Below the pieces are notes generated by a model. It was not told where the DNA came from. It did not search any database and saw only the letters and a program-made list of their open reading frames with translations. A stretch of DNA of 64,000 bases, taken from sequence record NC_070650.1; one strand, 5' to 3'. The translations under genes were made by a program, and so were the position numbers. Positions 48,963 through 55,519 of the stretch are shown here, one piece after another. The first letter of the stretch is position 1, and every line of letters starts with the position of its first letter.

Positions 48963-49727
48963 ATGAGCGGATATACATACGTAGCCCCTGAGGGTTATCT
49001 TGGCTATATTGAAACCAAAGTCAGCCCATGGCGCACCGGGTGGTTAACCACCCCCACTAAAGATGACATTCTTGGGGTTGACCAGTCGGCGGTACCATTA
49101 CCGGTAATTAATTTCGATATCAGTAACACCGAAGAAAGCCACCGTAACCGCGTCATCGCCATGGGTTATAACCGTGGGCTAAATCTGGCCACGTTGGTTC
49201 AAGACCTTCCGGAAAATTACCTTACCGAACATTTGAACAACATCGTCTTTAGTCGCCCCCTGGTAACTTTAGACGACATGCCTGTTCGCATCAACGACGT
49301 ATTCCAAGTTAACCCCTACGTCCTGGCACCCTGCTATTTTATTCGTTACCTATTACTGTCGATGTCACAAGAACTTTTAAACAACGACATGTATAGTTAT
49401 CAGCAACGCGGCACTGCGCTGGGTACTTTGGCATCCCAGGTCCAGTACACCATCGACCTCATTTTGTCGAAATACGATATCGACACGTTGGGGGACAATA
49501 TCGTTCTTGGGGCCAAGGTAATTTCAATCACCAATGACTCTGGCGCAGTCACCAACAAAAAGACCACGGTATTCCTCGCTGAAACGGCCTACAACGCGTG
49601 GTTAGCCGCCGGCGGTACAGATGAGCTGGTTGTGGCAAACTACGTTGTAAACGCCACTGATGCAACTGACGCCACGATCACCAATAGCGATTCTATTTTG
49701 GCCAGTTGGCACGACATGCAAGGGTAA
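48963..49727 (+). CDS. Hypothetical protein
   Basis: 254-aa ORF, AAGGA RBS. Confidence 0.65.
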   Translation: MSGYTYVAPEGYLGYIETKVSPWRTGWLTTPTKDDILGVDQSAVPLPVINFDISNTEESHRNRVIAMGYNRGLNLATLVQDLPENYLTEHLNNIVFSRPLVTLDDMPVRINDVFQVNPYVLAPCYFIRYLLLSMSQELLNNDMYSYQQRGTALGTLASQVQYTIDLILSKYDIDTLGDNIVLGAKVISITNDSGAVTNKKTTVFLAETAYNAWLAAGGTDELVVANYVVNATDATDATITNSDSILASWHDMQG

Positions 49728-49736
49728 GGCAGTATT

Positions 49737-50408
49737 ATGGTTAATGTCATTCTTTGTGAAATAGACCACGTATGGACCTCCAGAGATATTCGCGCAGCCA
49801 TACGTGATTGCGTTAAGCAGGAATATCGGGAAGTAGTGCGCACCCCACTAAAGGCAATGACGGCTGGCGAGTTATTTGCCCTACTGGAGAAACCTTACGA
49901 CTCCCCGCTGTCTGTGGTTAAATATGGATATCGTTCACACAAGAACCATGTCTATAAACTGTATTCCTCGTTTTTCTTACGAGACCCTACGGCCACCCAT
50001 GACTGCACGTTAAGCCGTAACCCTACAACCATAACGGTGACTCAGGATACCTACACTGCCGACGCAGCCTTATTGCTATTTGTTATTGCAGATAGGCTGA
50101 TTAAAGTAAGTGGTTTGTATGCTGATGAAAGTAAGGAGATTTTTTACTTACGTTCACTAAGACATATGTTGGCATGCGCTATTAACAACTACCTTGGATT
50201 TCTAACGAAGCTGCATGTGGAGAAGACCCGCGTAATGGGGGTTGAATCCATCGGTGGGATTCCTACGGTGTTTGTTATTGGTCATTCCCCAACAGATGCG
50301 GTAAGGTCTATAGTAGCCGCCATATTCCCCAATGATGAAATCACTTATTTCACCCATCTGCCGGGACTGCGTGGACTGCGTTACCTTCCCGTGAAACAAA
50401 AAAGTTAA
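49737..50408 (+). CDS. Hypothetical protein
   Basis: 223-aa ORF in same operon. Confidence 0.6.
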   Translation: MVNVILCEIDHVWTSRDIRAAIRDCVKQEYREVVRTPLKAMTAGELFALLEKPYDSPLSVVKYGYRSHKNHVYKLYSSFFLRDPTATHDCTLSRNPTTITVTQDTYTADAALLLFVIADRLIKVSGLYADESKEIFYLRSLRHMLACAINNYLGFLTKLHVEKTRVMGVESIGGIPTVFVIGHSPTDAVRSIVAAIFPNDEITYFTHLPGLRGLRYLPVKQKS

Positions 50409-50421
50409 ACACGTATATTAC
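50398..50421 (+). promoter_or_regulatory. Early promoter (A-tract + CG-TATATTAC)
   Basis: AAAAAA-GTTAAACACG-TATATTAC (core 50414-50421). Confidence 0.75.
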
Positions 50422-50522
50422 TAACTGGCATGTAGGGTAGTAAAATAATACCCACCGCATACGTAATGTGCGGAAACACCAATTTACTTGTTCATGATAT
50501 CAACCCACCTGGAGATTTAACA

Positions 50523-50972
50523 ATGGCTAAACTTGCCTACGACCTGGACCAATCTGCCGCCGACTTCCAGAAAAAACTGACCGTCGGTGACAATGGTTCC
50601 ATCAAAGCCGAAGATGGCGCTATCGAATCACTGCTACCCGAAGGCAAAACGATGGCCGACCTGGTTGAAGCACAAAACATCATCAGTAAAATCGTGACCG
50701 TCGGCAGCCTGGCTGCTGGCCGCGCATCGATCGAAGCATTCAAAGGCAACAAAGAGCTGGCCGAAACCGAATTCAAAGTGAAGGTCGGTCACGATACTCT
50801 GAAAATCAACGTAGCGCGTGAAGGCGAAACTTCAGATGGCAAAGGCGGCCGCAAGAAAGTCTACGGTCAAGAACGCATCGCATACCTGGTATCCGGCGGC
50901 CCGAGCGTAGGGACCCTGAAAAAGGTACGTGAAACGATCAAATCTGAAGCGGCTTCGGCGCTGGCTGATTAA
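50523..50972 (+). CDS. Conserved, probably highly expressed early protein
   Basis: GGAGA RBS before ATG 50523 (track 50466); strong CTG/GGC/ATC/AAA codon bias; own promoter and terminator. Confidence 0.75.
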   Translation: MAKLAYDLDQSAADFQKKLTVGDNGSIKAEDGAIESLLPEGKTMADLVEAQNIISKIVTVGSLAAGRASIEAFKGNKELAETEFKVKVGHDTLKINVAREGETSDGKGGRKKVYGQERIAYLVSGGPSVGTLKKVRETIKSEAASALAD

Positions 50973-50995
50973 TTCAGCGGCCTGGCGAAATACCG

Positions 50996-51042
50996 GCATG
51001 GGGTCTTCGGGCCCCATGCATGGCTGACTGGTTTCTTTTTTT
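50996..51042 (+). terminator. cUUCGg hairpin with downstream U-tract
   Basis: GCATGGGGTC-TTCG-GGCCCCATGC then GTTTCTTTTTTT. Confidence 0.7.
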
Positions 51043-51066
51043 ATTTAACGACAATGGAATTCAATC

Positions 51067-51786
51067 ATGAGTGCAGATGAACAAAATGTAACCGTATCTG
51101 GTACTGATGTGAACGTTGATACTGCAGGCCGACTTGAGGTATCCGGCGACCACCTTGAGGTGGCGTCCCAAGGCGTGGATGTCGGCATCGCTCCGCAAAG
51201 TGATGACAAGTCACTGACCATCGATGTAGACCCCTTCGATACCGACCCGGTTGGGACAGTGAATGCAATCACTGACGCTTTCCGTGCTGTGAACTCTGAC
51301 GCAGGGGTGGACGCGAGCGCAAATGCGACCAATGATGCCACCGCCGACCCCACATCCGGGGAAGACGGTTTGACCGACGAAGACAAAGAAATGGTCTCTC
51401 TCGAACTGACCCCGCTGGACTTCATGATCCGCATGCTCGGCATCGACCTGGCTATGGCGCAGATTTATCCTGAGCCGATCTACCTGGCCACGGATGCGGA
51501 TGCTTCCGACCTCCTGGCCCGCGAAGGACTGCAATACAGTTTCGACGCCAACCGAAGCCTATATCTGTGCGGCATGGCCGATTCTTCTATTGAAGCCACA
51601 CTCAAAGACCCCGATCTGCGGGTACTGGCACTGCGCGCCATCAAATTCAAATACCGCCGCTTTGACCAGCCGGTTGATGATGCAGTAAAAGCAGTTACTG
51701 CGGCATTACGTAAACAACAACACGATATCGCCGCCGCTCAGGCTGCCGAAGCAGCAGCTCATAATTCCGTGGCCGGTCCACAATAA
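51067..51786 (+). CDS. Acidic hypothetical protein
   Basis: Asp/Val/Thr-rich N-terminal ~125 aa, globular C-terminal half; GC-rich codon usage. Confidence 0.65.
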   Translation: MSADEQNVTVSGTDVNVDTAGRLEVSGDHLEVASQGVDVGIAPQSDDKSLTIDVDPFDTDPVGTVNAITDAFRAVNSDAGVDASANATNDATADPTSGEDGLTDEDKEMVSLELTPLDFMIRMLGIDLAMAQIYPEPIYLATDADASDLLAREGLQYSFDANRSLYLCGMADSSIEATLKDPDLRVLALRAIKFKYRRFDQPVDDAVKAVTAALRKQQHDIAAAQAAEAAAHNSVAGPQ

Positions 51787-51789
51787 TCG

Positions 51790-51817
51790 AGTGGAGGGCG
51801 TTGTCCCTCCACTTATG
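51790..51817 (+). terminator. Hairpin terminator
   Basis: AGTGGAGGG-CGTTGT-CCCTCCACT-TATG. Confidence 0.6.
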
Positions 51818-51836
51818 TCATTTAGGGGATAATCTC

Positions 51837-52265
51837 ATGATTTTGTATACTGCACAAATATCGCAATATCGTGGGTTAAAGGAAGCAAACATCCCGTACA
51901 TAGATACCACCATTAAGTCGGGAGATAAATATCTCGCCCCTTCTTGGGAAATGGTTTCTAGACATAAAGCAGGAACCTTGACGGACCAAGGATACATGGA
52001 TTTGTATTTACCGATGATGCGTGCAAGTTATAAACGTCACGATTCTCATTGGCGAAAAATAGCCTTGATGGACAAAGTAGCACTACTCTGTTACTGCCCC
52101 CATGGCGTACACGGCCCTGACGAGAAACCAAATTTTTGCCATCGTTTTTCGCTAGTTGGAATATTTGAACGCATCTGCAAACATAACGGTATTCCATTCA
52201 CATATGCAGGTGAGTGGGTACGTGGTGAAACGATAATGGTGAGGTTGCCGAATTGGTTAACCTAG
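51837..52265 (+). CDS. DUF488/YeaO-like protein
   Basis: MILYT start, LAPSWEMV, ALLCYC and FCHR motifs typical of DUF488 family (recalled); start ATG 51837 (track 51801 inside hairpin). Confidence 0.65.
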   Translation: MILYTAQISQYRGLKEANIPYIDTTIKSGDKYLAPSWEMVSRHKAGTLTDQGYMDLYLPMMRASYKRHDSHWRKIALMDKVALLCYCPHGVHGPDEKPNFCHRFSLVGIFERICKHNGIPFTYAGEWVRGETIMVRLPNWLT

Positions 52266-52281
52266 AAAGAGGTATGTAGGA

Positions 52282-52659
52282 ATGGATGAGCTTTTAACGG
52301 CGCTGGCTGGATTAACTGGAAATGATCCTACCACAGTTCTTGCCACTCCAGGTTGGGCTCTGCGAGATGACCTGCGCAACATTCATGCGCTGGCAGTAAA
52401 GCACTGCACCCAAATTGATGTGGATAAAGTGATAGTACCCCCACAGGCTTTTCAGTTGCTGCGTAAAAATGGATACGATATTAGGATAGCACGAGAAGCA
52501 AACATTGTCATGTCGGCAACTCTGTACACGTCTGCTGGAGTATTTGTGCTGTATCAAAACACAAATATACTTCATAATTTCGTAAATATCCACAACCCCC
52601 AGACAACCATGAAAAAACCATCATGGGTACGGCGGTGGCTTGGTGGGATTACCGCATAA
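52282..52659 (+). CDS. Hypothetical protein with C-terminal amphipathic tail
   Basis: 125 aa; ends KKPSWVRRWLGGITA. Confidence 0.6.
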   Translation: MDELLTALAGLTGNDPTTVLATPGWALRDDLRNIHALAVKHCTQIDVDKVIVPPQAFQLLRKNGYDIRIAREANIVMSATLYTSAGVFVLYQNTNILHNFVNIHNPQTTMKKPSWVRRWLGGITA

Positions 52660-52693
52660 AAGGGAGGGCGAAAGCCCTCCCCAATATGTTGTT
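52654..52693. terminator. Terminator; copy of dispersed hairpin element (reverse orientation)
   Basis: GCATAAAA-GGGAGGGC-GAAA-GCCCTCCC-C-AATATGTTGTT; differs from 29347-29385 by one inserted C. Confidence 0.85.
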
Positions 52694-52720
52694 TCTTTTA
52701 TTTTTGTAAAAACGTGAAAC

Positions 52721-52744
52721 AAAAAAATTATAAACGTATATAAC
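52721..52744 (+). promoter_or_regulatory. Early promoter variant (A-tract + CG-TATATAAC)
   Basis: AAAAAAA-TTATAAACG-TATATAAC; same architecture as 48104 and 50398 promoters with one core mismatch. Confidence 0.65.
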
Positions 52745-52812
52745 TTTCGGGACTAGGTGAGTAGATAATCTTCTACGACTATTAATTCAATCAACAATCT
52801 GGAGTATAGCTC

Positions 52813-53007
52813 ATGTTTAATTCAATCAAAACTTTCGTTAAAAACAACAAAACTGCAATTGCTGTCGTAGGTGCCGTTGCCGTGGTGGGTGGCGTAGGCG
52901 CAGCAGTTTATTTCCAAAAGCTCCACACGGGTAAAGTGTTGGAACAAGTTGGTGATGTGGTAGACGGTGCCACTGAAGCTGCGGCTGAAGCAGTAAAAGA
53001 AGCGTAA
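52813..53007 (+). CDS. Small single-pass membrane protein (basic N-term, Gly-rich TM, acidic tail)
   Basis: GGAG RBS; TM AIAVVGAVAVVGGVGAAVYF. Confidence 0.75.
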   Translation: MFNSIKTFVKNNKTAIAVVGAVAVVGGVGAAVYFQKLHTGKVLEQVGDVVDGATEAAAEAVKEA

Positions 53008-53040
53008 CATAAAACGGGGGGTGGTAATACCATCCCCCTT
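53008..53040 (+). terminator. Hairpin between microprotein genes
   Basis: CATAAAAC-GGGGGGTGGT-AAT-ACCATCCCCC-TT. Confidence 0.5.
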
Positions 53041-53084
53041 CTGAGATACCCGGTTATCATTACCCTCTTTCTTAGGATAGTATC

Positions 53085-53300
53085 ATGAACAAATTCATTC
53101 GCGTGGTTGCTGCGGGGGTTGCTGGGCACGTTGTAGGTAGCCTTACCGGTGCTGGGGTAGCTATTGGGGTTGATGCCATAGCATCACAAACCACGAACAA
53201 TCCGGATAAACGTACCACCGCGGCTATGGTCGGGGGTACATTAACATACTGGATTGCCGGAGTAAAGACGGCAATCCATGTTTATAAGCATTTTGAATAA
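53085..53300 (+). CDS. Small glycine-zipper membrane protein
   Basis: AGGA RBS; GxxGxxxGxxxG helix then second hydrophobic helix. Confidence 0.7.
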   Translation: MNKFIRVVAAGVAGHVVGSLTGAGVAIGVDAIASQTTNNPDKRTTAAMVGGTLTYWIAGVKTAIHVYKHFE

Positions 53301-53332
53301 TTTAATAAATTGAAGATACGAGGGTAAAGACC

Positions 53333-53539
53333 ATGGGTATTAAGAAAATAATTGTGGGCGGCATTGTAGGCGGTATTGCCGGAGGAGAAGCCGGAAAATA
53401 CGTTCATAAAACCGCCATCGAGTTGGGCTGCAGCGAACGTAAAGCGGCGTGGGCTGGTATTCTTACCTCGGTAGTGGTAGGTACGATTACGGGCGATGTC
53501 GTGCGCAATAAACTTTTAAAGAACTGGGATAACCAGTAA
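53333..53539 (+). CDS. Small glycine-zipper membrane protein
   Basis: GGIVGGIAGGEAG zipper and AAWAGILTSVVVGTITG helix. Confidence 0.7.
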   Translation: MGIKKIIVGGIVGGIAGGEAGKYVHKTAIELGCSERKAAWAGILTSVVVGTITGDVVRNKLLKNWDNQ

Positions 53540-53572
53540 TTTTTTAAACCATCAAAAAGTGAGGAAAACCTT

Positions 53573-53827
53573 ATGGAAGTATTAGTATTCGCATTAATTC
53601 TCGATATCATCATCGGCGTAGTTTCCTACACCTGGAAAGGACGCAACGGTTTTGCCTTTTTCCTCTGGGCCTTTTTGCTGAGTCCGGTAATCGGATTCAT
53701 CATTCTGCTCTGCGTGAAAAACCTCAAAGCCGAAGCCGAAAAAGAACGGCTTCGCAAAGAAGAAAAAGAAGCCGCGGATCGTCGGCATCTGGAAACCCTG
53801 GCGATTCTATCCAATCGTCGGGACTAA
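53573..53827 (+). CDS. Small two-TM membrane protein with charged C-terminal helix
   Basis: GAGGA RBS; VLVFALILDIIIGVVSY / KGRNG / FAFFLWAFLLSPVIGFIILLCV. Confidence 0.75.
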   Translation: MEVLVFALILDIIIGVVSYTWKGRNGFAFFLWAFLLSPVIGFIILLCVKNLKAEAEKERLRKEEKEAADRRHLETLAILSNRRD

Positions 53828-53838
53828 CGCCACGCTAA

Positions 53839-53870
53839 AAAAGCCCTCTTAGAGAGAGGGCTTTTATGCC
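53839..53870. terminator. Bidirectional-type hairpin
   Basis: AAAAGCCCTCT-TAGAG-AGAGGGCTTTT-ATGCC. Confidence 0.7.
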
Positions 53871-53893
53871 CTTAATCTAAGAGAGAACCCATC

Positions 53894-54319
53894 ATGAAAA
53901 CTATTTTCAATTACATCAAAAACCACAAAATCATTTCAACCATCGCCGCAGTATTGTTGGGTGTGAGTGGTTATTTGTACGCTTCAGGCAGCGATAATAA
54001 TCAGGCCGCTATGCCGCCGGCGCCATTCCAAATCATGGCTTATTCTCAGCGTGATTTATTAAACCAGCCGTATGTGCGTTTACAGGTCACCAGTACTGCC
54101 GACGTCATCACGATTAATAACATCACTGTTAACCGCGGTAATTGCCTTTTCGAAAACCATACCCTGCCTGGGTACAATTCACCCCCAGCATTACCGACAA
54201 CCATGCGGTATGGTCAGAACAACCGCTTTGTCTTTTTCCGCTGCGATAAAGCATTAGAAGCGACCATCAGTACCAACGTCGGTACTTGGACCGTACAGTT
54301 TAACTATCCGTCACAATAA
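53894..54319 (+). CDS. Exported/membrane-anchored beta-rich protein with two Cys
   Basis: N-terminal signal/anchor; NRGNC...LPTTMRYGQ...RC...TNVGTWTVQF. Confidence 0.75.
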   Translation: MKTIFNYIKNHKIISTIAAVLLGVSGYLYASGSDNNQAAMPPAPFQIMAYSQRDLLNQPYVRLQVTSTADVITINNITVNRGNCLFENHTLPGYNSPPALPTTMRYGQNNRFVFFRCDKALEATISTNVGTWTVQFNYPSQ

Positions 54320-54330
54320 GGAACGACTCC

Positions 54331-54663
54331 ATGAGAACTATTATCATTTTTATGTTGGTGACTTTTGCATTGTTGCCCTATGTGAAGGCCACCGCAGAAC
54401 CGGGTAATATGACAATTACCCCTCGCGTTGTTTCTGACGGCCCCCGACCCATTGTTGATTACGAGATTCAGTCTTACGTCGATGGGTTGGTGGTCCAGGA
54501 TTTTTTGATGACTATTGATGGTGACTGTTGGATTCCAGCTCAGCTCCCACTCAAGCTCAATCAGGGAAGTATCGGCAAAGTACGCATTATCGGCTGCCCA
54601 ATCCAACCACTGCACGTCATTACTAATTTGGGTAGTTACGACTTCTATTTTAACAAACTGTAG
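54331..54663 (+). CDS. Exported beta-rich protein, paralogue of 53894..54319
   Basis: Signal peptide MRTIIIFMLVTFALLPYVKA; DGDC...LPLKLNQG...GC...TNLGSYDFYF. Confidence 0.7.
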   Translation: MRTIIIFMLVTFALLPYVKATAEPGNMTITPRVVSDGPRPIVDYEIQSYVDGLVVQDFLMTIDGDCWIPAQLPLKLNQGSIGKVRIIGCPIQPLHVITNLGSYDFYFNKL

Positions 54664-54689
54664 TATAGCGTCCATTCGAGGAGTGAACC

Positions 54690-54917
54690 ATGTTAATTTT
54701 TATACAAGCATATGTAAATAGTTTTTCTGTAGTACCTCCTCGACATATGGAACCCGTACCTACTGTCGAAGTTAAAATAGATGGTCATGTGGTTTATGAA
54801 TCGCATGACCTGAATGACATCATCGAGCAAGTATACGTAGAACCAAAACCAAAAACCAAATCTGGTTTCGATTTCTTTGCACAAACCACGGCACGAGCCA
54901 AACAACGTAGGGGGTAA
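54690..54917 (+). CDS. Small hypothetical protein
   Basis: GAGGAG RBS; 75 aa. Confidence 0.65.
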   Translation: MLIFIQAYVNSFSVVPPRHMEPVPTVEVKIDGHVVYESHDLNDIIEQVYVEPKPKTKSGFDFFAQTTARAKQRRG

Positions 54918-54922
54918 CAGCT

Positions 54923-55084
54923 ATGAACACATCACGTGACTGGATTTCTTTTGATACATTTGGCAAAGTTGTTGCTCTCTATTACGGCATTAAAGTCGGG
55001 CGTTTCTGCTGGCGAGTAATGAAAGAGAACATGGACTTGCGCGATGAGCTAGAAGCTCAGAAACAAAAAACCGCAACAAAATAA
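54923..55084 (+). CDS. Small 53-aa protein missing from ORF track
   Basis: AGGGGG upstream; MNTSRDWISFDTFGKVVALYYGIKVGRFCWRVMKENMDLRDELEAQKQKTATK fills the gap between neighbours. Confidence 0.6.
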   Translation: MNTSRDWISFDTFGKVVALYYGIKVGRFCWRVMKENMDLRDELEAQKQKTATK

Positions 55085-55117
55085 ATTAACCCAACATTCA
55101 ATTAAAAAGGTACTATC

Positions 55118-55321
55118 ATGTTTACTAAACTGCAAACCGTTCTGTCTACCGTATCCAACAAACAACTGATTGCTGCCGGCATCGGTGCCGCGGCATTTGG
55201 TGGCTTTGGTCTGGGGTATATTTCTGGCCGGATTCACGGCCGTAAAAAAGCGGCGGTGGTCGCCGTTGACGAAGCAGTAGTGGAGGCAGAAACTCCCGAT
55301 GCTGAAACTGTTAAAGAGTAA
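55118..55321 (+). CDS. Small single-pass membrane protein, same architecture as 52813..53007
   Basis: AAGG RBS; TM LIAAGIGAAAFGGFGLGYI; acidic tail. Confidence 0.75.
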   Translation: MFTKLQTVLSTVSNKQLIAAGIGAAAFGGFGLGYISGRIHGRKKAAVVAVDEAVVEAETPDAETVKE

Positions 55322-55436
55322 AGAGCTGGTGTGGTTCTTGGCTGGGGTTGCTGTCGGAGGGTGGGCGGTTGTAATAACTTACGATATCGCCAACAAACGA
55401 ACCAAACCCCCAGCTGAGGAAGAACCCGCAGAGTAA
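55299..55436 (+). CDS. Small 45-aa single-pass membrane protein missing from ORF track
   Basis: MLKLLKSKELVWFLAGVAVGGWAVVITYDIANKRTKPPAEEEPAE; GGAGG upstream; ends right before a palindromic terminator. Confidence 0.6.
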   Translation: MLKLLKSKELVWFLAGVAVGGWAVVITYDIANKRTKPPAEEEPAE

Positions 55437-55438
55437 TT

Positions 55439-55490
55439 GAGCTAGAGGCGTACGCCTCTAGCTCTTCTCATTTCGTTTATTTTTTTTATT
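55439..55490 (+). terminator. Terminator, loopless palindrome
   Basis: Perfect 26-bp palindrome GAGCTAGAGGCGTACGCCTCTAGCTC (55439-55464) followed by T-rich tract. Confidence 0.7.
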
Positions 55491-55492
55491 TC

Positions 55493-55519
55493 GGCATAAA
55501 AGGGAGGCCGAAGCCTCCC
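55493..55519 (-). terminator. Terminator of tube/sheath operon; variant of dispersed element
   Basis: On minus strand GGGAGGC-TTCG-GCCTCCC-TTTTATGCC. Confidence 0.8.

Noticed and set aside
5113-55519. Hairpin repeats as a CRISPR array or IS/MITE ends
   Set aside because: Copies are kilobases apart with no spacer architecture, no cas or transposase gene, and no target-site duplications seen
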